From Prorocentrum cordatum (lineage: Eukaryota), in contig CAUYUJ010000048.1 of assembly GCA_963575745.1 (NCBI GenBank), forward strand, positions 558,001 to 622,000: a stretch of 64,000 nucleotides of DNA. The letters run 5' to 3'. Of this stretch, positions 1 to 13,385 are shown piece after piece (the stretch's first letter is position 1; the number at the start of each line of letters is the position of its first letter). The notes below the pieces were generated by a model. The model was given only the letters and a program-made list of their open reading frames with translations, had not been told where the DNA came from and did not search any database. The position numbers were made by a program, and so were the translations under genes.

Positions 1-210
1 CGGGCGGAGCAGGCGCAGCAGGCGCAGCAGGCGCAGCAGGCGCAGCAGGCGCAGCAGGCGGGCGGCAGGGGGTGCGGCGCGGGTCTCTGGGGAGTCTTTG
101 GGAGAGAGACACCTACTGGGTATTCTGGAAGGCCCCCCTCGGTGGCGGATTCCCGGCCCCGCCCCGCCTTTGGGAAATGATCCTGACTCTTCAGAAGCGT
201 GCTCGGACGC

Positions 211-786
211 TCTCTTCCTCCTCCTCCTCCTCCTCCTCCTCCTCCTCCTCCTCCTCCACCTCTAACTCCTCTAACTCCTCTAACTCATCCTCCTCCTCTT
301 CCTCCTCCTCCTTTTCCTCCTCCTCCGCCTCCTCCTTCTCCTCCTTCTCCTCCTTCTCCTCCTCCTCCTCCTCCTCCTCCCCCTCCCCCTCCGCCTCCTC
401 CTCCTCCTTTCCCTCCTCCTCCTGCTCCCCCTTCTTCTCTTGCTCCTCCTCCTCCTCCTGCTCCCCCTTCTTCTCTTGCTCCTGCTCCTTCTGCTCCTCC
501 TTCTCCTCCTGCTGCTCCTCCTCCTCCTCCTCCTCCCCCCTCCTCCTCCTCCCCATCTCCCCCTCCTCCTCCCTCCTCTCCCCTCCTCCTCCTCCTCCTC
601 CTCCTCCCTCCTCCTCCTCCTCCTTCCCTCCTCCCCATCTCCTCCTCCTTATCCTCCCCTCATCCTCCCTCCTCCCCATCTCCTTCTCCTCCTCCGCCTC
701 CCTCCTCCTCCTCCTCCTCCCCTCCTCCTCCTCCTCCTCCTCCTCCTCCTTCTCCTCCTCCTCCTCCTCCTCCTCCTCCTCCTCCT
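211..786. repeat. (CCT)n/(GAG)n microsatellite; similar tracts at ~6616-6966, 11388-11446, 12160-12238, 13837-14105, 17850-17920, 18986-19377, 36722-37220, 37431-37780 and 43408-43595
   Basis: Direct trinucleotide periodicity. Confidence 0.97.
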
Positions 787-1309
787 TGCACTTTGGGCAG
801 GACCCCCTGCTGGCGTGGTGCCTGCGCCCCCGCTGGACGGGCAGCAGGACGCCCGAGGCAGCTTCCAGGCGCAGCTCTCCTTGCACAGGGGGCCTGTATC
901 CACGTCTCCCCCACAGTGGAAACCCATGCCAAGAATTTCCCGGTTTGCCTCCAAAGATCGTCCCAAGACGGCCCGAGAGGCCCCCGAAAGGGCCCGAAAA
1001 TGGTCCAAGAGGGACCCAAAGCGGCCCCAAAGGGCCCCAAGACGGCCCAAGAGGGCCCCAAGAGGGCCCCAAGAGAGCCCCAAGAGGGCCCAAAAAGGCT
1101 CCCATGCCAAGACATTCCCGTGGGTTTTGATGGTTTTGCGATGGAAAGCGTGACGTCCCCACACAAATCAATGGACGTCCTGGGGTCTCAGGGTTGGGTT
1201 TCTTGTGAAAGGTTTCTTGTGGTCGAGCTCCTTCCGTACCCAGATGTCAGCGAGGATGATGGGACAATTCGTTCCGTCCATGCGATGCCCAGCGGCAGAT
1301 GCAGAGGAC

Positions 1310-1470
<161 letters not shown>

Positions 1471-2642
1471 GAGACAAAAGGAATCGTCGACTCCCAGGGA
1501 TGCGTGGGAAAGTATGGGAAGTGGGGGCGAAGACGAAAGCCCAGAAGCAAGGAAAATCTGGGGAGTCCTGCGACCTGTGTCTATTGATCTGTATGTCCCT
1601 GCTCCCCTTTGCGTAGGGGAGCGGGCGCCGCGCGGGACCCTCACGCGCAGGCACTGGGCGAGGGGACTCGCGGGGGGGGAGCAGCCGGGTGGCGAAGCGA
1701 GCGAGGCGCGCCCCCCCCCCAGAGATCCAACGCGGGATCCCGGCCGAGGTTTTTTCTGGGTGCTCGGCCGGTTGGGGGCCCTCGCCTGGGCCCCGGGGCC
1801 ATCAGACACTGTCTCGGGAGGAGAGACCAGTCGGGGGGGATGTCGGGGGCGGCGAAGAGGGGGGTGAGGACTAGGGGGCGGGGTGGATATCATGGCGGGG
1901 GCCATGATACTTCCCCAGATTTCAGGGCGCCTCTTCTTATTTCATTACGTCCCTGGCCCCCCCCCAAGGGCCGCGCACATGCCGCCGGCCATGATTTGCG
2001 CCCCCCCTCTTGGACATCCCCCTCTCGGCCGCTCCCGAGAATGGGTCGAGCCTTCCGGGGACCCTGTACTGAGAAAAGACGTCCCCGGGTCTCTGGGCCT
2101 GCGATCGGCAGACCGGGGGGGAAAGCAGCAGCGGTGGCGTGGCCGAAGCCGGGCAAGGCCGAGTCGCGGACGGGAGGGCGAGGCGGCAAGGCAGCGAGAA
2201 GGTGGGCCAGGGAATGCCGGAGCGTGCGCGCGTTTTTGCTTCCGCCGTCTCAGCGCGACATCCTTGGCGCGAAGGGATGGCTGGGGCACGCGCGAGCGGA
2301 TTGCACCCAGCGTACAGCTGGCACGAGGCTTCTCAGGAGGGGAAAAAACACAGACAAAATGAATCGTCGACTCCCAGGGAAATTTTGGAAAACGTGGGAA
2401 GTGGGGGGGAAGACTAAGTATGGGGAATCCTGGGACGTGTGTGTATTTTCTCGTGTGTCCCTGGGCCCCTTCTCCAGAGGAATCATAGCTCTGGATGGGA
2501 TACCCTTATGTTCTTGGACGTTGGGCCCTCTCCGCCCTGGATTGCTCGTCGTTTGGGATAGCTTCATGGAGCCTTGGGCTCGCGGCGAAGGGGCCACGCT
2601 CTTGATCCACATTCTTATGAACTTCTTTCGACTGCAGTGTTA

Positions 2643-2797
2643 AGTCGGGCCTGTCCCTCTACGGGGGGAAGATTCAAAATAGTCATTAAATAGTACGGGG
2701 ATGATTTTTTGAGTATTTTCTTTTCGCATGTTTTGATCATTGTTCGAGTATTTCTTTGTTTCGTCTAAAATCCGCCTGTAGGGGGACATGCCCGACC
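2643..2797. mobile_element. MITE-like family A (TIR AGTCGGGCCTGTCCCTCTAC, AT-rich interior); also at 9251-9391 and 39046-39163, with single ends at ~26259, 39296, 45431, 55513 and 56217
   Basis: Left GTCGGGCCTGTCCCTCTAC is the imperfect reverse complement of right GTAGGGGGACATGCCCGAC; flanks are mostly TNA trinucleotides. Confidence 0.75.
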
Positions 2798-2925
2798 TCA
2801 CTGTAGCGGATGCGAAGGCCGCCACGGAAGGGGGGTGACCCCGGCGTGCAGCAGACTGCTCAGCGCCCGCGGGAAGGGGCGTCGACGGCAGTGAGGGCGC
2901 GAGTGCAAGCGGCAAGAGTCAAGCA

Positions 2926-3150
2926 GTGGCGAAGCGTCCTGGCGTGCCTATAGGCCTACCAAACAATGTTCTAGCAACCTTTTCTGGTCTGCACGACATG
3001 TTCTCAGAACACTTCTGGCCGGGCCTGTCCTGTTTCAACACGTCGGGAAGAGGTTCTACGAGCATTGCTGCTGTTCTAAGAACACAGGTTTGGGCTCTGA
3101 GAACAGGCCGTGGCAGGCCTTCCAGGCATGCCGGGACGGCCGGCCCCTGG
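2926..3150. mobile_element. MITE-like family F (CGTCCTGGC.TGCCTATAGGCCTACC / GGTAAGCCTATAGGAATGCCAGGACG); also at 44468-44870 and a split copy at 20844-20900 plus 24850-25010
   Basis: Subterminal inverted repeats and a homologous interior (TGGTCTGCACGA.ATGTTCT...CTTCTGGCCG...TGTTCTAAGAAC). Confidence 0.65.
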
Positions 3151-3875
3151 TCCGAAAAGAGTGTTCCCGCCCAGCAGGAGCGCCGGGCGAGGCGTGCATT
3201 ACAAGCCTCGAACGTATCCCTATCCCTAAGATTGACACGCCAAAAGGCGAGGACAATCTTAGGGATTCGCCCTCAAAAAATAAGGGAATCCCTAAGATTG
3301 GCATCGTGATGCCCAGCATAGGGATAGGGATATGCTCCAGGCTGATAAGTGCAGCGTGCTTAAGCGTCGACTAGACTCAAGAGTGACCTTTCGCCGGAGT
3401 GACCTTTGGTGCGGGCACAGATGGGTCCCCAGACGGCTGAAAACGAAGCAGGAGCAGCGGCTTGCGCGCCCAGGTTTGCCCCCCCCCCCCCCCCCCCGCG
3501 GCCCCCCAAAAAGCCAAAAAGCCGCGCACCAAAGGCCACTCTTACCCAGGGTCACTCTTGCGTGTAGCCGAGAGCGTGGGCATCTACAGGGCGGGCCGGT
3601 GCGGCCGGGGCTCCCGAGAGGAGGGGGGGGGGAGGAGGCCCGACGGGCGGAGGCCCGCAGAGAGGGGCCGCCGGGCGCAGCGGGCGGGGTGCCGCTCGGC
3701 CGCCGCCCGGGCAGGGCGGCCGAGGGGCGCAGGCGGGAGCGGCAGCCTCAGGCGCCGCCACCTCTCCACTCCTGCCGGACTCCTGCCTCTGGGCCGCTGG
3801 GGTGCCTCCTTCTCTGCGAGACTTTCTTCTCACCCTTCCCCTCATGCGCCCCCGCCTCCCCGTTGGGTTCAGCAA

Positions 3876-4034
3876 CTTACCAGCCTCGAACTTATCCCTA
3901 TCCTAAGATTGACACGCCAAAAGGCGATGACAATCTCAGGGATGCGCCCCCCAAAAATATGGAAATCCCTAAGATTGGCATCGTGATGAGGAGGTGCCCA
4001 GCACAGGGATAGGGATATGTTCCAGGCTGGTAAG
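3876..4034. mobile_element. MITE-like family E (CTTACCAGCCTCGAAC.TATCCCTATCC / GGGATAGGGATATGTTCCAGGCTGGTAAG); second copy at 3198-3349
   Basis: About 28-bp imperfect TIRs; both copies share CCTAAGATTGACACGCCAAAAGGCGA and CCCTAAGATTGGCATCGTGATG. Confidence 0.8.
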
Positions 4035-5031
4035 CAACGGGGAGGTGGCAGGACGGGTCTGCATGGCCACGGGACGCCCTCACCGGCTACCAGCGGGCGA
4101 GGGCACGGCCGGCGCGGCCCGCCGCCGAGAGACGGGCTATTGCGCCAGCCAGAGCGGCAGGGCCCCCGTCTCGAGTGGCGGGCAGGCGCGCGCGCCCGAG
4201 GCGTGGCGGCCATGGCGGTGGAAGCCCGTGCAAGCGGGCTGCCGCGGCGTCGGCCGCAACGGCAGTGGCAAGCCCGCAGGCGGCCCGCGGGCGCGCAGAG
4301 TGACGCTAGACCAGACAACGCCGGCCAGTGGCAAGCCGAAGGTCCCCAGGCCTGCTAAGCTTTAAGCGCGCAGGCCCCGAAGGCGACGCCTGGTCTGCGC
4401 CGAGACTGAGGAGAGCCGTGGTGCCTGCACGTCCCAACTGGAATCAGCCACACACACATATATCGCTTCCTCCGACGTACTGCTGGGGTGCAAGCACCGG
4501 CTTTGGAAGGCAATGCAGGTATGTTGCCAATGCGATTCATCCACCTTCTATGGTGGAAAGGAGCGCAGGGTCAGAACACACGCACACAATACAATCCATA
4601 CATATCATATATATATACATACATATATATATATATATATGTGTATGTGTACACAAGCATAATCTATGTATACCGATACATGTATGTGTGTATATATATA
4701 TACTCACATGACCTGAATATAGTCACGAGGCCAGCGCTCGCTCAACACGCCAGGCGGCCCGGGGCTTCCCGCTACGGGGGCGACAATGAGACACATGGGA
4801 CCTCCGACTGCCTCGAACTTGACCCTGACCTCCCTCCCTCCCTGCCAACGTCCCTGAAGCCCTCTGGGGACTTCCAGGGGCTTCCCCTGAGACCTCATGG
4901 GGCCTTCCTGCAGAGCCCTCGGGAGGCATCCAGGGACCTCCTCGGAGACCTCCTCCTCTGTTAGACCTTCGGGGGTTCCCTCGTCGCCGGTCTTGGATCT
5001 GGCCCAAAAACCATGGTCACAAAGCGATCCA

Positions 5032-5050
5032 TCCGTCATTTCGGCTCAAG
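5032..5050 (+). other. Relic (degenerate) dinoflagellate spliced leader upstream of the HAD gene
   Basis: TCCGT---CATTTCGGCTCAAG aligns to DinoSL DCCGTAGCCATTTTGGCTCAAG with a 3-nt deletion and one T>C change; it ends 75 nt upstream of the ATG at 5126. Confidence 0.75.
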
Positions 5051-5125
5051 ATCCGGCAGGGATTCCACACCTAGCCACATTCACGATTCACGAGTTTCGA
5101 CTTGCAAGTTATTATCGTCCACGTA

Positions 5126-5863
5126 ATGTGCAAAATTTCCGCTCTCGTTTTGGAGGACGACGTTGACGGCTCCGAGGTTTCGACTGACCTCGGGAGCGAC
5201 GCGCAGGGGTCGCTCGAACGCCAGGCGGGCGATCGAAGCCAGCCCGCACCGCCGCAGGCGTGCGAGAACCTCGTGATCTTCGAATGGGACGACACCCTCT
5301 TCCCCACCACCTGGCTCGGAGAGCAGGGCCTCCTCGACGAGGACTGCGTGATCACCCCGGCGCAGGACGCGCAGCTGGAGGCCCTCGCGGACCTGGCCGC
5401 CGTGACGCTCGAGACGGCGAAGAGGCGCGGCGGCGTGGCCATCGTGACCAATGCCGAGCAGGGCTGGGTGGAGATGAGCTGCGAGGCGATCATGCCCTCC
5501 CTGCAGCCGCATCTCGCGGGGGTCACGATCGTCTCGGCGCGCTCGCGCCACGAGAGGCCCGGCTTCTTCGAGCCCACGAGGTGGAAGTGCCTCGCATTCG
5601 AGGAGCTGGTGCGCGAGGTTTACGGCGCCGCCGACCCGTCAGGCGTGGCTGTGCGACGCAACATTTCCTCGATAGGCGATTCTGAGTACGAGATGGAGGC
5701 GTTGAAGTGGATTGCGACCAGCACGGATTGCCATGCAAAATGCTTGAAATTAGTTCAGCAGCCTTGCCTTGAGAAGCTAATGGAGCAGCACGAGCAGCTC
5801 GCTAGGATTGTCGACGAGGTCGTCGACTACCATGGCAACCTCGACTACAAGATCGGCGTGTAA
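5126..5863 (+). CDS. HAD-superfamily hydrolase-like protein (245 aa), intronless; probable retrogene, possibly catalytically altered
   Basis: Uninterrupted ORF with GC3-rich codons and HAD motifs in order: I LVIFEWDDTLFPTTWL (usually FDWDDTL), II IVTNA, III WK, IV SIGDSEYE. ATG 5126, TAA 5861-5863. Confidence 0.8.
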   Translation: MCKISALVLEDDVDGSEVSTDLGSDAQGSLERQAGDRSQPAPPQACENLVIFEWDDTLFPTTWLGEQGLLDEDCVITPAQDAQLEALADLAAVTLETAKRRGGVAIVTNAEQGWVEMSCEAIMPSLQPHLAGVTIVSARSRHERPGFFEPTRWKCLAFEELVREVYGAADPSGVAVRRNISSIGDSEYEMEALKWIATSTDCHAKCLKLVQQPCLEKLMEQHEQLARIVDEVVDYHGNLDYKIGV

Positions 5864-7273
5864 GAGCATTCGAGCTTCAACACCTACCCCCTCTCCCATC
5901 CCCTCGCCCCTCTGACCTCCCCATATCTCTCCTCAGGCTTGCGCCAGAAACGCTGTCGTTCTTTTCGCCTCCTTGCGCAGTGCTCTATCCAGTCCCCAAT
6001 TCGAAGTGGAATTGGCCTCCGAGGCACCCCATTCTTCGGGGAACAAACAATGACGTAAACATAGAAACCCTGAGGCCCGCGCATTTTTTTCGGATTGGCG
6101 CTGGAGCCCCCTAGCGGTGCTTCCGGCGCCGCCCCTGGCGCGCTCCGCGCGCCAGGGAGGGGGGCTCCAGCACCGATCTTCGGACGGGGGTAGGGACAAG
6201 GATAAATCAGTTCCAAAGCGTTCCGGAACGCTCTCAGAGCGTTCCGGAACGCTGGGAGAAGGCCGCGGCGCCCGAGACATACTCCAGAGCCGCTGGATCT
6301 CAGAGATTCTCGATTCATCCACCCCTGGAATTATTCTCGTCTTGGCTTCGCCTGAGATCCGAGAAATCTGCGCGTACCTCCGAGTCTTCATGTTTATGCC
6401 ACGGCTTGTTCCCTTTATGTCGGAGGCCTAGAGCTTGACACCAGCACCAATATCGGCGGTGTGCCTCCACCGAGGGATGATGATCACCACCAACACCAAC
6501 AGCTAGGAGATCATCTGCCCGCTGGTGGAGGCCCCCCCCTGTATTCGAGTTGGTGCCCATTTCTTGGCCTCCAGAACGAGGCGTTTGCGCATCTTGCAGT
6601 CTGGAGGTGCGCGCACCTCCTCCTCCTCCTCCTCCTCCTCCTCCTCCTCCTCCTCCTCCTCCTCCTCCTCCTCTCCTCCCCCTCCTCCTCCTCCTCTCTT
6701 CCTCCTCTCCTCCTTCCTCCTCCTCCTCCTCCGCCTCCTCCTTCTCCTCCTCCTCCTCCTCCTCCTCCTCCCTTCCCTCCTCCTCCTCCTCCTCCCTCCT
6801 CCTCCTCCTCCTCCTCCTCCTCCTCCTCCTCCTCCTCCTCCTCCTATCCTCCTCCTCCCTCCTCCTCTCCTCCTCCTCCTCCTCCTCCTCCTCCTCCCCT
6901 CCTCCTCCTCCTCCTCCTCCTCCTCCCCCTCCTCCTCCTCCTTCTCCTCCTCCTCCTCCTCCTCCTTCACCCTGGAGACCCTCCTGGGCCCCTCCGAGGA
7001 CGGAGGCTTGGAGGGGCACTGCTCTTGGAGTCCTGGGCGGCGCTGCCCTGAGGACTGCACGAGGACGAGGACGACGACGAAGGCGACGACGACGAGGACG
7101 CGGACGACGGCGACATCAATTTCGGATCGGATGGGCGGTCACGGGTGTCTCTCCATGACGACGACGACGACGAGGACGACGAGGAGGACGACGAGGAGGA
7201 GGAGGACGACGACGACGAAGACGACGACGAAGACGAGGAGGACGACGACGACGAGGACGATGACGAGGACGAG

Positions 7274-7330
<57 letters not shown>

Positions 7331-10266
7331 CACGACGACTACGACGACGATGACGACGATGACGACATCCATTTTTTTCGAGGCAGGTTTTTTCGCTCAA
7401 TTTGAGACCCCGGGACCCTCACAAATCGCTCCGGCGCGAACAATGGCGCAGAAAAAAGATGGGGTCCGAGTGTCTGGTCGTGATTTTTGGCGATGTTGCA
7501 ATTTTTGTTGGCAACGTCGGAGCTCAGGGCGGGTGTCTCTCCGCTGCAGGTTCGCGTCGAGGCGACCGGCGGTGACCCCGCCGCTGGCGTCCAGAGCTCA
7601 GCGCCGCCGGCGACCCAGAACTGGTCGATGTTGAACGATCTGACGGTTCGGAAATTGCCGATCTTTCACAGTGGAGTGATCCCCGCGGTGTCAGAAACTG
7701 ACCCCGGGGGTCGACACGACGCGAACCCGCCGTAGAGGTCTATACCGGGGAACGAATAGTGACATGCACACGACAAGCCGGAGGTCCGCGCAGATTTCTC
7801 GGATCAATGCGGACGTCCGAGATGTTATGTTTGCGACATTGTTTGTTCCCCTAGTCCAGCGGCCAGGGGCCCCCCTCTGGCACAGGCAGCTTCTCCTCTG
7901 GCACAGACAGCAGGTGCCGACCGCTGTCGAGGAGAGCCCCCAGGCACAGCGCAGTGACGAGATGCCGGGGGTGCGCGAAGACTACGCCAGAGGCTGGCTC
8001 ACACGCGCCCTGCCGTTCACCTCGCTCTCCCCATCCGCCTCCTCCTCCTCCTCCTCCTCCTCCTCCTCCTCCTCATCATCATCCTTCCCGCTCCTTCTCC
8101 TCGTCCATGCTTGCCCTCCTTGTCCCCCCTCCTAGGCCCCTGGGGTGCACAAACTTTCCTCGGAGGGACCACGGTACCACGGCCTTACAGACGCCACCTG
8201 CGGGCACTTCTGAGAATCTTGCCCCACTTCGTTCAGGCCCAGGGCTTCGCGCGTCCGCGAGCTAGCCCCTTTTCCGCCCATGCGTGTGCACGGGACTGCA
8301 CGCGCGCGGCCAGCTTCTGCATTTGACTGAGATTCGGCGGCGAGCGAGGGGGGGGGGAAGTGAGAAGGAGAAGGCCTTCTCAGAAGGCGACGGGACTTCT
8401 CAGAAGCCCTCGCGCCTTCCGAGAAGTGTTTTCTGTCTTCGAGGAAGGCTTAGGAAACTTCTCAGAAGGCCAGGGGACTTCCGAACCTTCTGAGAAGGCC
8501 TTCTCCTTCTCTTTTCCCCCCCGCTCGCCGCCGAGAGATGTTGATCGAAGCCTTGACCAGGTTTCTGTGGACAATCTTTTCGTACTCGTAGCCTGTGTCT
8601 GTGGGGCGTCCGCGCTCCAGCCGTGGCTCCCTCCGGAGGAGTCCGGCACGCGCGAGGGATGCCGATGCTGCTCCTGGCGAGCTGATGCCGGTTGCCCTCG
8701 CTGGCCAGACTCCTTGCGGCGGCGATGCCGCGTATCCTCGCGGAGTCCATGGCCACGTCGATGCGGATCAGTACGCGTGTGCTTGTCGTCGGCGCAGGCG
8801 CTCTAGGGTCTTTCTGAGTAGCACCCGGAGTTGCTGGCGCTGCATTTTCAATGCTGCACGCGGGTGTACGAGCAGGTTGCGTTCATCGCGCACTTGATGA
8901 GCACGTGCTCGCTGGAGCTGCACATCTAAGTCTTCCGGCTGCAAATCATGAGAGCCTCGTTTACCCTCGCAATTCCGCCTTGAGAGTGTACTAGTATCGA
9001 TCAGCTTCTGGTAATCGATGAGATGCGCCGGATTAGCGTCGACGAGCGTCGATTCAGCGTCGACTAGCGTCGATTAGCAAGAGTCGGCAACATTGCATGA
9101 GAGGCTCGTATGAGTTAGTTGCCACCGACAAGGCTGAGCGGCGTGCAGTCTTTTAGGCGCTCTGGCGCCTACAGTGCGCGCGGCCGCGTGCAGGCAGCGC
9201 GCGGGCGCGAGCATCGACGTCCGCCCGTTCGTCGCCCTTCGCCATCCTTAAGTCGGGCCTGTCCCTCTACAGGGGCAATATTTAAGAATAGCTACAAAAT
9301 AGCTTATTTTTGAATGTTGTGTACTTTTTGTATGCTTTTTTTATACCTATTTTTCGTCCAAAAAGATCCCTGTAGGGGGACACGCCCGACCTGACGCCAT
9401 CCCCTTCCCCCCGCTGCCACACCCCTCCTCGAGGAACCAAGCGCTGCACAAACATGGCTAGTCCACAGTGTGCGTTGGGCGTTCGGCTGCTGCCGAAAGT
9501 CACGGGAGCTCCCGGCCCCTGGCTGTTGGTTCTTCAATCCGGGGAAACACCGCGCACACAAACACGAGCTTACAGAGATCCGCACAGATATCTTGGATCG
9601 GCGCTTGGGTCCCCTCCCGTGCGCGCGGGGCGCGCGCCAGGGGCGGCGGCGCCAGAGGCGCCGCCAGGGGCGACCCAGTGCCGATCCCAGACATCCGCGC
9701 GGAGCTTCCACGGCTCACGCTTCCGCAGTCTTCTGCTCCTCGACCTCCACACCTCTCCTCTCCTCCCCTGCTGCCCCGTCTGAGCGACGCCAAACAGCGG
9801 GGTCGTCTTCGCCGACATCGACGCGTCAGCTGCCCGCGCAGGGTCGCGCGTGAGTGCCCTCGGCTCCAGCGCGGCATGCCGCGCCAGCGGCCCCGCGCAA
9901 GCCGCCGCGTGAGGTCGCTGCGCCATCTCGCGTCAGATCCGTTTTTGATCGTCGCTCCGTCTGTGACGGGCCTGCCGGCCGGCCGGAGCGGGCGGGAGAG
10001 GGGCACGGGCGACAAGTGCCCATAAGCCCCCTTCTCCTCCGGCCGGCCGCTTGCGGCCCCCCGGCCAACTCTGGCCTCGGGGCCAGCCCTCGGAGCGAAG
10101 GCCAGCGCAGCGGCGTAGCGCGCGGGCCCAGCCTCGACCCGGCCGCCACGACGACCACGACGACGGCGACGAGGTGGGCGGGCCACGACGACGGCGGCGA
10201 CGTCGCCGACGGTGTCGGCGAGCCACGGCGGCCGCGACGGCGACGACGACGATGCCGACGACGGTG

Positions 10267-10329
<63 letters not shown>

Positions 10330-10564
10330 TGCGGCTGACGCGCTGTTGGAGACCGGGGCCGATGCGTCCTCGCGTCGGGGGCCCGCCGCAGCCGCCCCGC
10401 GCGCGGGGGGCGCTTGCAGCACGGGGCCCATTGCACGCGGGCGTGGCCGGGTGATATTTCTGCCTCGGGCCGCAGCGCAGATGACGCACGGCCTGCATGC
10501 CGCACGCGCGCCCCGTGGGCACGGCTCGGCGCACGCGCTGCTAGCAGTGGCCCTCCTTGGCGGC

Positions 10565-10720
10565 GCGCACAGGGGTGTCGGGGGAGGGGGGAAGGCTTCT
10601 TAGAAGCATCCTGCTTCTTAGAAGGCCTGGGCCTTACGTCCATAGAGAAGGCCCGCGCCTTCTAAGAAGCAGGGGTGCTTCTAAGAAGCCTTCCCCCCTC
10701 CCCCGACCCCCCTCTGCGCG
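10565..10720. mobile_element. Fold-back family B (GGGGAAGGCTTCTTAGAAGCA...TGCTTCTAAGAAGCCTTCCCC); also at 44914-45062, with a related CTCAGAAG variant at 8335-8533
   Basis: About 60-bp arms that are near-perfect reverse complements. Confidence 0.75.
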
Positions 10721-13194
10721 TTGCCGACCTCTTCTGTTTCAGTGCAGCCCAGAGGCCATCCTGCGAAGAAGTAAAAAAAGCGCCATGAGCATAAACTTTT
10801 GGGCGCTCCGCGGATTTTGTTTTTGTTGAATCTGCGCTGAGGCCCCCCCGGCGGCGCCCCCAGCGCCGCCTCTGGCGCGCTCCAGGGAGGTGGGTCCAGC
10901 GCAGGTCCAAGAATTCCGCGTGGAGCGCCAAAAGTTAATGTTTATGGCGTTCTTTCTTCTTCTATAAATTCAGCCCGGAGGCCTTCTGTTTCAGCACAGC
11001 CCGGGTCAGCTACCAACGTGGAAAAAATGTCAGAGAGCGCTCCAAGGAAGGTTCGGCGATGCCCAGTGCATCCGTACATCGGTTTTCAAAGTATTGTTGT
11101 GTGTATGTTGTTTCTTGTCTTTCTGTGGGATGTGATGTTTGTTTCTGGACGGTGCTTGTGTTTGTGCCCGTAACACCTAACACACGCCAAGGGCAGTTTT
11201 ACATCGAGCTTGTACCCCTCCTCATTGCTCAACGTCCTTATCGGTTCTCCCGCAGGCCCCCCATTGCTTCGGCTGTGTGGCTGCTCTGAGGGCCGCGGCT
11301 GTGGCGACAGAAGGTTGAGGCCGTCGGGCCGTCGAACGGGCGGGGAAGAGAGGGGGGAAGCTGGGGGGACGTGCTCCTTCATCCGCTCTCCTCCTCCTCC
11401 TCCTCCTCCTTCTCCTCCTCCTCCTCCTCCTCCTCCTCCTCCTCCTGGTCCCCCTCGTTCCCTGGCCCCCCCCTCCCTCCTCTACGGCCCCCCTCCCCTG
11501 GGGGCAGGGGTGCCCCCGCCAAGACGAGGGCGTCTGCACGGCGGCCGCCGCCCCGCCACGTGAGAGGGGCACTGTCTGAGGGCGAATCCCGGACACGCCG
11601 GTCGTTGACAGCAGGCACTCTTCAGGAGGGAAAAAACACACAGACACAATTAATCGACGATTCCCCAGGAAATATAGGAAAATATGGGAAGTGGGGGGGA
11701 AGACAGAAACCCAGAAAATATGGGAAAATATGGGGAATGTTTTATTTGTGTGAATTTATCTGTGTGTCCCAGGACCCCTTCAACTCTTGGACTGTCGGAT
11801 TCGGCGCCGTCCTGCTTCGATAGGATCGAGTGGCTTCACCTGTTCCTTCCTCTTCCATTGGGGGCGGGCGGCGGGAGCCCAATCAACCTCCAGCGGTGTC
11901 CTACAGTCATAACAGGCATCGTAAGGATGGGCAGCAGCCTTCCCAAGGGAACCCTTGCATCCTTCCCCTTCGGCCCATCCCTGGCCGCTTTCGCTGGCCG
12001 CGCCCCGCCCGCAGAGTGTCGCCATGGCCTTCCAAGGCCCTTTGCATCCTTATCGTGCATTTTTGTCGTTGCACTGGTTGGCTGCACTTCAGGTCCCCAG
12101 AGATCCGACGCCGTGATTTTATTCAATGCGCCCCCCCCCCCCCCGGAAATCTCGACCCACTCCTCCTCCTCCTCCTCCTCCTCCTCCTCCTCCTCCTCCT
12201 CCTCCTCCTCCTCCTCCTCCTCCTCCTCCTCCTCCTCCGTTTCCCGCCCCGAGCCGTCTTCTGCGGGCCCCGCGGCCCGACGAGGGCGCCTGGAGGCTGC
12301 CCGCTTCTTCCGACCGACGGGCGGGTCACGGGGGCGGGCCCTACGAGGGGGCCCCGCTCACCGGGGGCGGCTTCCTGAGGGGGGGTGGGTGGGGGTGGTA
12401 TCTCTGCCTAGGTGGCTTGTGTGCTTTCCTGCTTTCTCATCGCATTTCTCGTTTTCTGTTTCCTGCTCTCTCTCTCTCTGATACCACCCTTACAGGGGGG
12501 GGGGGGGGGGGGGGGGGGCCTCTGCGAAGGGGGGTCGGGGCCGCGGCCGCCTGCCCGGCGGTGCGGCCCTGGGGCCGGGGGCGGGGGGCTGCCGGCCGCG
12601 GGGGGGGGCGGGGGAGGAGGGGGCCCGGGGGCGAGGAGGGGCAGCTTCCCTGGAGGCCCGGGAATGGGCACCAAGACCAACAGAGGGGGGTGATTCCACA
12701 GGGTGAATCTGATCCTCGATTTCGGCGTTGGTGGTAATATTTCGGCCACCTTGGAAGCCATCATATTATCACCATCGCCGAGATCGGGATCGTCTTCCCT
12801 GGGTGGAGGCACACCGCCGATCTTGGTGTTGGTGTCAGTCTCTAGGCATCCGATGTCCCAGACCTCCTCGCGTTGTGACAAGAATCACGACGGGAGGTGT
12901 TGGGCTATTTTCGGCCCCTGCCGGGCTTCGGAACTGTCAAGAAGCGACTCAGGATGAACAGCCGGTCCCAGGGAAGGGGTCCAGACCTCTGGGGGTCGAC
13001 GCTGTGGCACAATCACGACGTCGAGGGTCTGGGTTTTTGGGGGCTCGAGACGCGGGGGTCCATGCAAGCGGGGGTCGGCCAGAGTGACGGCTGCAGGGCC
13101 GGCCCTGGGGTGCCCCGACCCCGGGCTTGGGTGCAGGATCGTGCAGGATCGCGCAGGATCCTGCCACGCCTGACTGACCCGGGTCTGGATTGTC

Positions 13195-13385
13195 GGGCGG
13201 GACGAAAGGGGGGGATAGGGAAAGGGGAGGGTCGAAATCTGCTGCATGCAGCTGGTTTCGGCCCCGCCGCCGGGCCCAGTCCTCGATACATGGCCGCCTC
13301 CCGGCGCCGGGAGGCGGCGGGAAAATCAGCTACGTGAGCTGATTCTCAACCCCCCCTTTGCTATCCCCCCCTTCCGCCCAGCCCG
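13195..13385. mobile_element. Short TIR element (GGGCGGGACGAAAGGGGGGGATAG / CTATCCCCCCCTTCCGCCCAGCCC); partial second copy at 26672-26815
   Basis: Inverted ends; the interior CCTCGATACAT.GCCGCCTCC.GGCGCCGGGAGGCG...GAAAATCAGCTACGTGAGCTGATTCTCAA is shared by both copies. Confidence 0.65.

Noticed and set aside
8540..8930. Possible minus-strand copia RNase H or gene remnant (…IDVAMDSARIRGIAA…)
   Set aside because: Only a vague resemblance, with no further conserved motifs in frame.
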